A DNA stretch of 26,707 nt, taken from IMG/VR virus record IMGVR_UViG_3300033516_000235, positions 1-26,707 of that record; one strand, given 5' to 3'. The notes under the pieces are model-generated. The model made no database searches and was not told the DNA's origin. It saw nothing but the letters and a program-made list of their open reading frames with translations. This document shows positions 1 to 8,548 of this stretch, piece after piece (positions within the stretch are counted from its first letter, which is position 1; each line of letters begins with the position of its first letter). A program made the position numbers and the translations under genes. Source of the stretch: a virus (Duplodnaviria; Caudoviricetes).

Positions 1-137
1 ACGAACAGGCCATTCTCCCGGTAGTTGACGGGAACCGACCAAGCCTTGACGGTCGCGTTGGCGGCGACCACCGGCAACAACACGGTCGTCTTGACTCCGT
101 TGACCGTGACGACCAGAGAACCTTTTTCAATTTTCAT
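1..137 (-). CDS. Partial CDS downstream of the tail fibre (MKIEKGSLVVTVNGVKTTVLLPVV..., runs off the left edge); possible tail-fibre-associated protein
   Basis: Not in the ORF track; translated by hand. ATG at 137 with AAGGAG RBS at 149-144, open to the window edge. Function is inferred from position only. Confidence 0.7.
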   Translation of the reverse strand, partial: MKIEKGSLVVTVNGVKTTVLLPVVAANATVKAWSVPVNYRENGLF

Positions 138-160
138 TCAGTGCTCCTTGTGAGAGGGAT

Positions 161-186
161 GGGCGGCCCGCTCGGCGGGCCTGCCC
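161..186 (-). other. GC-rich hairpin (GGCCCGC-CGA-GCGGGCC, extendable with GGGC/GCCC) after the tail-fibre stop; candidate DGR target-recognition hairpin
   Basis: Perfect 7-bp inverted repeat with a 3-nt loop and no U-tract, about 30 nt after a VR-like 3' end. Confidence 0.6.
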
Positions 187-214
187 GGTTACATGACACA
201 GGTCACATGACCCA

Positions 215-2806
215 TTACACCTTTGCGAGGCGGCCGCCGATGCTCGCGCTCGAGTTCGACGCGGCGTTGCTGACGTTGAGATAGAACAGGCCGGCGCCCG
301 CGCCGTCGCCCCAAGAGCCGCCGTGGTAGGCGACGCAACTGGGGCTCTGGTAGAAGTAGTCGCCATAGGTTCCGTTGCCGGCTGTCGCGTTCGTGGTTTC
401 GGCGGCGAAGACGGTTGCCAGGTCGTAATCCGTTCCGGTGGCGGTTGCCATCGTGATCGGGTAGTTGCTGGTCGGCGCCGTCAGGCTGGTGGTCTTGTAG
501 GTCTTGTTGCCGTTCTTGTCCCACACCATGAACTTGGAACTGGCGTCAGTTTGCAGACCATCCACCATCTGCCAGACGTTGCCCCACAGGCCGACGATGC
601 CGCGCCAGGTGGCTTGTGCGACGGTGGCGTTATCGACGGCCAGCGCAGACGAGCCGGAGACATGGCCTTGACCGACCAGCGTCTGGCTGTCGGAGCCGCC
701 CATTTCGATCAGCGCCAGTGTCTGGATCGCGGAAAGCTGGTAGATATTCCAGAGGCCAAAGCCGGTGACGCCGCCGGTGTTGCGGTTGTTGGCGCGGGTC
801 TGCATGGTCGGGAAGTCGATGGAGACCAGGGGCGTGTTTCCGGCGACGGAGCCCAGCTTGGTGCCGCCGTCGTTCGTGCCTTGGTACTTGCCCACCCAGA
901 ACTGGTCGATCTGCGCCCCGGCATTCATGAAGGCCGGATGTACCGAGAAACCGGAGACGGGCTGGTCGGAAACCATCCAGTAGCGCTTGCCGGCATAGGT
1001 GCCAGACGGGACGGTGCCGGTCTTCAGGTAATACTTCGGCACCTTCATCATGGCCTGGCCGTCGATGGTCTGCGCAACCACGCCCGCATACGTCGGGTGG
1101 TTGTTGAAGGTCGCGGCCGTGGTCGTGATGGCGTTGAAATTCTCGTCGACGCGCTGCCAGGTGCCAGCGCCGCCGCCGGTGGCCGTGCAGACAATGCCGA
1201 TGATCTGGGCAAATTGCTGCTTGGTCGTGAAAGCGATGTCGGAAGACCACTCGGACGCGCCCAGGCTGGTGCCGGTGTGGCGAACGCGCATCACGTACTG
1301 GGTCTGGCCGGCAACCAGGACGCCGGCCGGCACCGTGTAGCTGGTCTTGTTCGTGGTGCTCGCGCCGGAATCGTGCAGCGGGGCCGCCCAGGTGCCGCCG
1401 GCAAGGCGAATCTGCCACTGGCTGGAGGCATGGGTATCCGCGCCGCCGGTCGTGGCGAAGGCGGACGATTGCAGCGTCGGCTGTTCCGGGACTTCGGTCT
1501 GGCCGTTGGTCGGCGTGGTGACGGTCGGGGTATTGACGTAGGCGTAGCTCGCCTTGGTCGTGAAGCTGGTGATCGTCGCCCAATCGGACACGAGGCCGGC
1601 AACGTCCTTGACGCGGGCGCGGACGTAGAAGGTGGTATTGACGGCAAGCACGCCAGCCGGAACCGAGTAGGTCATGGCCGACTTTTCGCCAGAGTCGTGC
1701 AGGACGCTGGCAAAGGTGCTGCTGGTGCTGATCTGGAACTGCGCCGTGGCGAAGGCGTTTCCGGCCGGGCTGACATAGTTGGAGGCGGTCAGCGTCGGCG
1801 TCTCGATGACGTTGGTCGCACCGGTGGCCGGGCTGCTGATCGTGGGCGCGTTCGGGCGCATGAGCGGATTGACGTAGCCGACCAGGCCGGTTCCCGATCC
1901 CAATGCAACGATGTGGCGAACGTCAATTTCTTCGCCAACCGTGGCGATACGCAGGTATCCGTCGCCTTTCATGGGCACCACGTACTCGTAGTCGGCGAAT
2001 CCAGAAGGGACGCCGCTCGTGCCGCCGCCGGATCGGCGAACCGACCACGACCGTTCGGTCCAGGCTGTCGTGAAGGCGTCGCGGAAATAAAGCTTGACCT
2101 CGCCGGCGCTCAGGGTGCGGCGAATAACGACGGCGCTCGACGTATTGCTTTCGCCAAGGTTGATCGCCTTCGAAATCCATTGCGCGCCAATCTTTGCATG
2201 CGCTCCGGCGCCGCTATTTGCGACGAGCGTAGATCCCGACAGCGTGTCTCCAGCGCCCCAATTGCGGGTCAGATTTCCGGCAAGGCGGATGCGGGTGCCA
2301 GAGAGAATCGCGGAAACGCGGATCATGTCCACGGCCGCGTCGTTGAAGATCAGGTAGTCCTCGCCGATCTTGACGTTTGACGTGTCGACGACATCCAGCG
2401 AGTCATCGCCGATCACCCCGGAGGTAATCGCAACGCCCGGATGGTTCTGAAGGCTGTACCCTGCCGAAAACAACTCGAATTCGATGCGGCGATCACGGTA
2501 CAGCCAGTCGAGCGTCACGGCCGACTGAACAGATGTCGCGGAGCCCAGGCCGCTCAGCGTGCTGCTGATTTCGCCAACGCTCTTCAGGATGTTGCTGACC
2601 ACTTCGGATAGGCTCGCCTTTCCTTGGCGGGCTGCTTCGATTTCGGACTTCGACGCTTCGGCGAGTCCCTTCAGATACTTGGTTCGCGCGCCGAGTTGTT
2701 TGTGCGGAAGATTATCGACGCCCTCGGGGCCGCCGGTGATTGCGTCCGTGGTTTCGAATTGGTAAATGCCGCTTTCCCAAGCCGTGCCTTCAGTGATGTT
2801 TGCCAT
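215..2806 (-). CDS. Tail fibre / receptor-binding protein with two FN3-like repeats and a C-terminal CLec (FGE-sulfatase/Mtd-like) domain
   Basis: N-terminus (WESGIYQFETTD...GGPEGVDNLPHKQLGARTKYLK) is typical of tail fibres. Two ~100-aa repeats (P-T-x-x-x-P..G.T.V...PTL...HDSG...Y.VPAGVL...Y..R.R...S.W....FTT). C-terminal GIVGLWGNVWQMVDG...GGSW...GLFYLN...SIGGRL. Last gene of the baseplate module. Confidence 0.88.
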   Translation of the reverse strand: MANITEGTAWESGIYQFETTDAITGGPEGVDNLPHKQLGARTKYLKGLAEASKSEIEAARQGKASLSEVVSNILKSVGEISSTLSGLGSATSVQSAVTLDWLYRDRRIEFELFSAGYSLQNHPGVAITSGVIGDDSLDVVDTSNVKIGEDYLIFNDAAVDMIRVSAILSGTRIRLAGNLTRNWGAGDTLSGSTLVANSGAGAHAKIGAQWISKAINLGESNTSSAVVIRRTLSAGEVKLYFRDAFTTAWTERSWSVRRSGGGTSGVPSGFADYEYVVPMKGDGYLRIATVGEEIDVRHIVALGSGTGLVGYVNPLMRPNAPTISSPATGATNVIETPTLTASNYVSPAGNAFATAQFQISTSSTFASVLHDSGEKSAMTYSVPAGVLAVNTTFYVRARVKDVAGLVSDWATITSFTTKASYAYVNTPTVTTPTNGQTEVPEQPTLQSSAFATTGGADTHASSQWQIRLAGGTWAAPLHDSGASTTNKTSYTVPAGVLVAGQTQYVMRVRHTGTSLGASEWSSDIAFTTKQQFAQIIGIVCTATGGGAGTWQRVDENFNAITTTAATFNNHPTYAGVVAQTIDGQAMMKVPKYYLKTGTVPSGTYAGKRYWMVSDQPVSGFSVHPAFMNAGAQIDQFWVGKYQGTNDGGTKLGSVAGNTPLVSIDFPTMQTRANNRNTGGVTGFGLWNIYQLSAIQTLALIEMGGSDSQTLVGQGHVSGSSALAVDNATVAQATWRGIVGLWGNVWQMVDGLQTDASSKFMVWDKNGNKTYKTTSLTAPTSNYPITMATATGTDYDLATVFAAETTNATAGNGTYGDYFYQSPSCVAYHGGSWGDGAGAGLFYLNVSNAASNSSASIGGRLAKV

Positions 2807-2821
2807 TTCGTTCCTTTAATG

Positions 2822-3268
2822 TCAATAAAAAAGCTGCCACGTACCCGACAGGGACAGATCGGCGTCTTTCACGAGAATGCCCCCACGAACTTTTCGCGCG
2901 TGAAGCAACCCGCTTTCGGTGATGAGGCCAAATTCCTGAATCGCCATTCCATTGGCCTCGCTTGCCGCAAGCGAAAAATTGAACCGGATAGAGTTCTTCG
3001 TGGGGTATGAGTGGCCGTCAAAAGCCTTCAAGAATGGCGTGGTCAGGGCAGTGTTTTCGGGGATTGCGGTAGCGCCGCCGACCCCAAAGCCAATCTTGCT
3101 GATGTGCAAACCAGCGCCATCGCCGCCGAGCAAGTGAACAATGTTTTCACGGGACTGATCGACGATCAGGTTGTCGTCCTCGAAACGCTCGACGAGCCGC
3201 CCGGCGCGATAAACAAGTAGGGAGAAGACGCCTCGTGCCGGGAAAATTGGTTTGTCAGATAGGTGCAT
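2822..3268 (-). CDS. Tail-fibre attachment / baseplate-distal small protein (start revised from 3337 to ATG 3268)
   Basis: Motifs NLIVDQ...ISKIGFG.G...T.L...F.L...EANG..IQEFGL...G.L.ARKVR...KD.D.SL.G.W resemble tail-collar/fibre N-terminal-like proteins. The promoter-like motif at 3318-3296 lies inside the longer ORF, favouring the later start. Confidence 0.72.
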   Translation of the reverse strand: MHLSDKPIFPARGVFSLLVYRAGRLVERFEDDNLIVDQSRENIVHLLGGDGAGLHISKIGFGVGGATAIPENTALTTPFLKAFDGHSYPTKNSIRFNFSLAASEANGMAIQEFGLITESGLLHARKVRGGILVKDADLSLSGTWQLFY

Positions 3269-3295
3269 TAGGGGGTCGCCTCGACGCGCATGGAT

Positions 3296-3318
3296 TGGGG
3301 CCAGTCTATTGTCACGAC
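3296..3318 (-). promoter_or_regulatory. Putative late promoter GTCGTGAC-AA-TAGACT-GGCCCC-A
   Basis: One of seven identically spaced copies; lies just after the stop of 3324..4727. Confidence 0.8.
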
Positions 3319-3323
3319 ACAGG

Positions 3324-4727
3324 TCAAATTCGCTCAACGCTCGTCACTTGACCGGAATATGTCACTGGCTGATGAACGACTGCCCCGGCATAACTCACCG
3401 CGCCGGCCAGGCGGTCCGTGTGGTTGTAGCGTAAGGAACCGTCTCGGCGAGCCGAACGAACGTGCGTGCCGTCGTGAAGCTGCGCAACGGGCGTTCCTCG
3501 CAAATGAATGCCATTCCGGGCGAATCGCCGGGTTATGACAAGGGAGCCGTCATCAAGCCCGGTGTGGCGGAAACCAGACCGGCCAAGGGTGCCGTTGCGA
3601 GTTGTAAGGCCATCAAAGGCAGAAGGGACGGCGAATTCATCGCTGCAGGTAACGGAAATTGATGCCGCCATTGAATCCGGCGCACGGCTGAACCGAATTC
3701 CGCTCCCGGCCCTCCACCCTCGCCGGTCCAGTGACCCGTCTCGCGCGCCGTTGAGGTAGGTGATCGGCAGCATGGCGCCACGCATTACAGAGCCATTGTG
3801 CAGCGGAATCGGAGGGGTCGATACGTCAGAAAGAGCCTCGTGCGCGTTCAGCGTCACGTCGTCAGAGTACGGCCCGGCCACATCCGACATGAACCCGGAC
3901 AACTGCACCTGGCGCAGCCGAGTACCGGCGTCGCGGAACTTATCGATGGCCGACCGGATGCGCACCATCAGGTCTGAAATATTCTCGGATGACAGCAGAT
4001 CGAAGTCAGCGTTCACGTCGAACTGGCCGTAAAAGCTGCGCACAATTGGCGCGCGCGCTCGAGTGCCGTCAAACCGGGTGAAGCCGTCTCGCTGAATGCC
4101 GGAAAATACCGAATCCATGGGGGCGTCTGTCACTTCTGACTTGAATCCGCCGGTGGCCGCCCCTATCGCCATTTCGATGGCGATGTTGTTTCCGCGCGGA
4201 AGCAGCGATTCCGCGATGATTCGAGGACCATATATCGCGTCCGTCTCGCCGGCCAGCCGGCGAATCCCGAAGTAACCGCCCCACTCGTCCAGCCATTCAG
4301 CGTCTGCCGATGGAATGGACATCTGGTCGACCATGCTGCCTATCTGGTTTCGCGACTCGGTGAGCTCTGCGGCCAAAGGCTCCATGTACGCCCAGACAAG
4401 GCTGCCGAAGCCATATAGGCAATCGCCATTGCCGTCGTTTTGATTCGCAGCACCATCGAGCAGGACCAGTGCCGAAAGATGGCTTTCTGGCGCCATGTAC
4501 TCGACGGAGACTGACGCCTTCGACGACAAGAGCTCGGCCAGGGACGCGATGGTGTAATCCGCCAAGGAGACGGAAATTGATTCAATCGCCGTGACCAGGA
4601 CAAGGGTTGCGTCCTCAATGCTCCAGGAGAGCGACCCAGAAGACCGAACGCGCAGCGCGATGAACCGATCAGGGCTCTTCGACAGTATCTGGTGCGCGTA
4701 GTTGAGCAGCTTTTCGGTGAGTTTCAT
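3324..4727 (-). CDS. Baseplate wedge protein (gpI/gp48-like core) with a C-terminal R-[DN]-G repeat extension
   Basis: ADAEWLDEWGGYFGIRRLAGETDAIY..RI is typical of gpI-like wedge subunits. It follows baseplate J with an ATGA overlap. Confidence 0.7.
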   Translation of the reverse strand: MKLTEKLLNYAHQILSKSPDRFIALRVRSSGSLSWSIEDATLVLVTAIESISVSLADYTIASLAELLSSKASVSVEYMAPESHLSALVLLDGAANQNDGNGDCLYGFGSLVWAYMEPLAAELTESRNQIGSMVDQMSIPSADAEWLDEWGGYFGIRRLAGETDAIYGPRIIAESLLPRGNNIAIEMAIGAATGGFKSEVTDAPMDSVFSGIQRDGFTRFDGTRARAPIVRSFYGQFDVNADFDLLSSENISDLMVRIRSAIDKFRDAGTRLRQVQLSGFMSDVAGPYSDDVTLNAHEALSDVSTPPIPLHNGSVMRGAMLPITYLNGARDGSLDRRGWRAGSGIRFSRAPDSMAASISVTCSDEFAVPSAFDGLTTRNGTLGRSGFRHTGLDDGSLVITRRFARNGIHLRGTPVAQLHDGTHVRSARRDGSLRYNHTDRLAGAVSYAGAVVHQPVTYSGQVTSVERI

Positions 4728-5839
4728 GTGATCGCCATCGTTCCGGGGATAACCTTCTGCGAATAGGAGACAGTCACATCAGTCGCCGGCAAAGACAGCG
4801 TGAAGTTGTAGACTCCCTCGATAGACATTGCGGCCGAAATCAACTCGGAACGAATTGCCGCCTCACCGATGCCAAGGCCTGTCAGGTACTCGCTGATCGC
4901 AGCGCCGACGAGAGGCGCCAAAGAGGCGGACGAATACCTAGGCAAAGCGGCCACAACCCCCGTGACATCTACCGAGACATTCTCAGCAGCCCCAATATCA
5001 ACCCGCACGCCTGCGGCTTTCCACCCGGGCACAGCCGTTCCGTCATCGGCGTAGTAGCCTTTCATCACCAAAAAGGCCTTGCTGATCAGATCAGCAGACG
5101 CGCCGCTCGCGCCGTTGTGAATAAAGCACTGAACCCAGGCGACCGGCTGGTTAATATCGTGAGCGAAAGGCTCGTAGACTGTCGAGAACTTGACGTACTC
5201 GGTCACCATGCCGTTAGCGTCGTAGAGCGCGGTCGAATTCAGCCCATACTTGAGCGAGGCGACAGTCCCGTGATTTAGCGTGGCAATGAAGGCGGAAAAC
5301 CGCAGCTTCCTGCTGGCATCGCTCTCGATGTCGCTGCCATTGGTGAAAGCGCCCTGATTTATCGCGGAGACAAACCCGGACGGCGGCGAGCTCATGGTGA
5401 AGCTGATGCCGCTCCCGATATTGGTAGAGACGCCCGAGGTTTTCGCGGAGACGAAGATATCGGCGAAGGTTTCGCCGGCAGGAATCGTCACGTTTGAGGT
5501 GCTTCCGAACGACAGCGACAGCGAGGCCGGCGTGAAGACCGTTCCCGAGGGAATCGTAGTGTCTTGGGTTGATACGCCAATCGTAACGCGCACGATGCCG
5601 CTCGACGGCCGCGCGGGAAGGATGCCGAACTCGAATGAGTTGTAGATGGCGACCGGGATAGCCTCCTTCAAGCCGATCCACATCTGCTGATACAGTTCGT
5701 CGATTTCGGCGGCCGGCGACTCGAACAGCGTTCGAGCAACCGACCCCACTCGGAAATCGGTCAGCTTGTCCTGAGTGGCCTTGGCGCGATTGGTCATCGC
5801 CAGGATGATTGACGCGAAGTCGCGGATCTGAAAAGCCAT
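4724..5839 (-). CDS. Baseplate J / gp47-like wedge protein
   Basis: TDF.VGSVARTL.E, TIP.GT, G...N, FTNG.D.ESD...K.RF..FI..L..GT and G.KAAGV motifs; 371 aa; position in the module. Confidence 0.9.
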   Translation of the reverse strand: MAFQIRDFASIILAMTNRAKATQDKLTDFRVGSVARTLFESPAAEIDELYQQMWIGLKEAIPVAIYNSFEFGILPARPSSGIVRVTIGVSTQDTTIPSGTVFTPASLSLSFGSTSNVTIPAGETFADIFVSAKTSGVSTNIGSGISFTMSSPPSGFVSAINQGAFTNGSDIESDASRKLRFSAFIATLNHGTVASLKYGLNSTALYDANGMVTEYVKFSTVYEPFAHDINQPVAWVQCFIHNGASGASADLISKAFLVMKGYYADDGTAVPGWKAAGVRVDIGAAENVSVDVTGVVAALPRYSSASLAPLVGAAISEYLTGLGIGEAAIRSELISAAMSIEGVYNFTLSLPATDVTVSYSQKVIPGTMAIT

Positions 5840-6435
5840 TAGATTAGAATCTCCAAACTCAGGTCTTTGCCGTCAATCGGCTGCGCGGTCGCGCTAATGC
5901 GGATCGAGTCGCCATCGGCGACGGCGACGCACGACAAGACGGTTTTCACGCGGTCATCTTCGAGCAGCGCGGATTTGACGTAGAAGGCGGCCAGAGCCAG
6001 TTGCGCGGCGCCCAATTTCACGCCGCGAAGTAGGCTCACCCAGCAGCCGTACTCCGGCGAGAATCCTTTGGCGCGCTTTTCAGTGACGACCCGGCGAACC
6101 AGGGCGATCTTCAGGTTCTGGAACCCGGAAATGATTTGCACATCACCATTGGCGATCAGGATTGCGCCATTACGGTCGAGCGACACGTCGACGCCGAACG
6201 TCTCTTTCTCGTCAGGATCGATGCCGGCGCTGAGCATCGGCACGGCGATCTTCGCGCCGGACAGAAGGACGCGATCACCAGCCAGCAGCGGGTCGTCGGT
6301 GATGAACGGCGGCAACAGGTCGTTCAGCCAGATCAGGTCTGTCCAGCGCGCGGAGTCGCCCAACTCGCGCAAGGCAATCGCCTGCAGCGTGTCGCCCCAA
6401 TTTGTTTCGACGTAGCGGACGGTGACGGTGCTCAC
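5839..6435 (-). CDS. Fused LysM-like (gpX) and gpW/gp25-like baseplate sheath-initiator protein
   Basis: N-terminal GDTLQAIALRELGDSARW..L..LN.L is LysM/tail-X-like. C-terminal G..NLK.AL..R..TE......PEYGC...LL.D.RV..V is gp25-like. Confidence 0.8.
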   Translation of the reverse strand: MSTVTVRYVETNWGDTLQAIALRELGDSARWTDLIWLNDLLPPFITDDPLLAGDRVLLSGAKIAVPMLSAGIDPDEKETFGVDVSLDRNGAILIANGDVQIISGFQNLKIALVRRVVTEKRAKGFSPEYGCWVSLLRGVKLGAAQLALAAFYVKSALLEDDRVKTVLSCVAVADGDSIRISATAQPIDGKDLSLEILI

Positions 6436-7598
6436 TGAAAACTCACGCCGGACGCGATTGAGCCGGCCGTTGCCCCGGCCGTCGCCAGTGTCGTCGTCGT
6501 CGGGTCCATGTTGGCGCCCTGGCTGACCGCCGCCGCGCCGCTGTTGGTCACCGCGACCGTGGCCTTGTCAGTTTTCAGCACGGCCGCAAACGTGTTCGAG
6601 GACACGTAGCTTGAAACGGCATGGCCGCCGGATGTCGATGCGCAATTGCCTGAACCGTAGATGTCGTAATCAGGCAAGAAGGTGCGCTTCTTGAACACGT
6701 TTTTGAGAACGCACATCATGTTGGTATAGGCGCTGCTGAGCGCCTGGAACTGCGCTTTGATCTGCTGCGGCAAGGTGGTCACCGCTGCGACGGCTTGCGC
6801 GATGTTCATCCCGGCCCGCATGATGTTCTGAGCCATGCCGATGAACTCGCCGACGACGCCGCTGACGACGCCGACGATGGATCGAACGGCCGAAATGACG
6901 GCTCGAGCAATGCGCGCGGTCAGTGCGACGAATTTTGCAATCGCCGCCTTGATGGGGGCGAGCACCGACGAAACCATCGTTTTTATGCTCGTGCAGAAGG
7001 CATCGAGCTTGGCGACAGAGGCCTCCAGGCTTTCAATCGCCGAGAGCGCTTGTTCTTCAGTGCTCGGCTTGCTCTTTGCCTTTTCGCTGCCGTGGTCGCG
7101 CAGCATGTGCATCGTAATGGCGTATTGAGCCAGGAGCGGACGCGACTTGTTGCGCTTCAGGACGAATTGCTGCGGAGCGATCACCCAATTCAGGTTATCA
7201 AGGCCGTCCGAGAGGATCAGCAGCACCTTGTCCGGATCCTGGCCTGACTTGGCAACCTCGTCGCGCAGCCGGTGCCATTCGGTAAAAACCGTCTTGTGCA
7301 GCTTGGCGAAGTGCTGGTACCCGTCATCGTCGCCGCCATTGACGCGCGGGCCGCCCCATCCGGTCACTCCGGACAGTGAAATAGTCTTGACGCCTTGCCC
7401 AAAGGAGTCCGCCCAGGCGCCGTCTTCGCCGAAAGTTTGCGTAATCGCCAGTCTCGACGGGTAGGCGATGGACAAATCTTCAGGACGAACGAAGAGCGGG
7501 AAAACTTCGGGCGCTCCATCGACTGCCGTGTTGTGCAGCGTGAACGCAATGGGGCGCGCATCAGTTTGTAGCGAGTCAGGAGTGGAAGAGATTGCCAT
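6432..7598 (-). CDS. Baseplate / tail-tube initiator-like protein
   Basis: N-terminal RPEDLS...PSR...QT...AW.D.FG.G..TI.LSG.TGW resembles tube-initiator domains, followed by a helical region; position between PAAR and wedge. Confidence 0.6.
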   Translation of the reverse strand: MAISSTPDSLQTDARPIAFTLHNTAVDGAPEVFPLFVRPEDLSIAYPSRLAITQTFGEDGAWADSFGQGVKTISLSGVTGWGGPRVNGGDDDGYQHFAKLHKTVFTEWHRLRDEVAKSGQDPDKVLLILSDGLDNLNWVIAPQQFVLKRNKSRPLLAQYAITMHMLRDHGSEKAKSKPSTEEQALSAIESLEASVAKLDAFCTSIKTMVSSVLAPIKAAIAKFVALTARIARAVISAVRSIVGVVSGVVGEFIGMAQNIMRAGMNIAQAVAAVTTLPQQIKAQFQALSSAYTNMMCVLKNVFKKRTFLPDYDIYGSGNCASTSGGHAVSSYVSSNTFAAVLKTDKATVAVTNSGAAAVSQGANMDPTTTTLATAGATAGSIASGVSFQ

Positions 7599-7620
7599 TA
7601 CCTGATGCTACGGTCACGAC
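7598..7620 (-). promoter_or_regulatory. Putative late promoter GTCGTGAC-CG-TAGCAT-CAGGTA-ATG (leaderless)
   Basis: Fills the whole 22-bp gap between the PAAR stop and the ATG at 7598; predicted +1 is the A of the ATG. Confidence 0.8.
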
Positions 7621-7884
7621 CTAACCGGCGAAGGTATCCCCGCTTCCCGTTGCGGCGTGGCCGCAGGTTGCTGCATCACCTTGGCGGCAGACTGGAATGC
7701 CGCAAGCGAACACGGTCGCCGAATGTCCTGACATGACCGGGCCGGAATGAGGCGGCAGGCCATGCCCGGAAACCGCTGCCCCCTCGACGGCCACGTTGCA
7801 GCCATTGACAAACACGGTCGGCGCCAACACGCCAACAATCGTGCCGCCGGCAGAATCCTCACCTACCCTGGCTATTCCTGGCAT
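7621..7884 (-). CDS. PAAR-repeat spike-tip protein
   Basis: IARVG, TVFVNG..VA..G...H...PH, V...G.PVCR.GD.A.CGH..TGS..F; 87 aa; directly after the spike gene. Confidence 0.92.
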   Translation of the reverse strand: MPGIARVGEDSAGGTIVGVLAPTVFVNGCNVAVEGAAVSGHGLPPHSGPVMSGHSATVFACGIPVCRQGDAATCGHAATGSGDTFAG

Positions 7885-7885
7885 G

Positions 7886-8548
7886 TCAGTTCAGATCAAT
7901 CTTCGAGGCTTTGACCGCAAAATTGCCGCCCGCCTCGATAGCGATGTCGCCGCCAGCCGATAGGGCAATGTCACCCCCAGAAATCAGTTTCGTATTCCCG
8001 ATGTTCTGAATCGTAATATTCCCATCCGGGTCGATATTGATCGATGCCTTCCCGCCAGCTTGCTCGACGTGGATATGGACGGCGCGGCCAGTATTGCGCG
8101 CGATCTTCCAGATCGAGTCGTAGTCTTTGCCGGTGAGGTCTTCGTGGGCAGGGCTCTCGGCAATCCGGACAAAGGCGCCAGACGGATGCGCCAACTCAAT
8201 GTTTCCGGCGGCGTCGATGGTGTGATAGACATCGGAGGCGTGCCGATCAACACGAAAGTCCGGACGCGCGAACAGGCACTCGGCGACTTCCGGGAACAGG
8301 AAGCCAACGACAAAGGGGATTTCGCGGTAGTAGCTGATCGCCGCGACGATATCGCGCTTCCCTGTGTTTTCCGAGTCGTAGCCGTTGGCCGCATCGGGAA
8401 GGTGCAAGTCGGCGACGCCGGTCTGCCCGGTCGCCATTTCGGCCAGGACGCGAACGGCAGACAGCGGCGCGCCGGTGCGCAAAACCACCACGTCGACACA
8501 GTTTGATTCCGGGTGGATGGCAACCACCTTCGCCAGTTCTTCGATCAC
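7886..8548 (-). CDS. Baseplate central spike (gpV/gp45-like)
   Basis: N-terminal OB-fold-like region (AKVVAIHP...VDV) and C-terminal beta-helix repeats (SGGDIAL, AGGDIAI, AGGNFAV) ending KIDLN; precedes PAAR. Confidence 0.8.
   Translation of the reverse strand: MIEELAKVVAIHPESNCVDVVVLRTGAPLSAVRVLAEMATGQTGVADLHLPDAANGYDSENTGKRDIVAAISYYREIPFVVGFLFPEVAECLFARPDFRVDRHASDVYHTIDAAGNIELAHPSGAFVRIAESPAHEDLTGKDYDSIWKIARNTGRAVHIHVEQAGGKASINIDPDGNITIQNIGNTKLISGGDIALSAGGDIAIEAGGNFAVKASKIDLN

Noticed and set aside
161-186. Hairpin after the tail fibre as an intrinsic terminator
   Set aside because: There is no U-tract on either strand, and the next gene follows with its own RBS but no promoter box.
323-2380. 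685-aa plus-strand ORF and other long antisense ORFs (for example 16139..17242, 21874..22608, 10032..10736)
   Set aside because: They are shadows of GC-rich minus-strand genes with strong codon bias and have no recognisable motifs or RBS.
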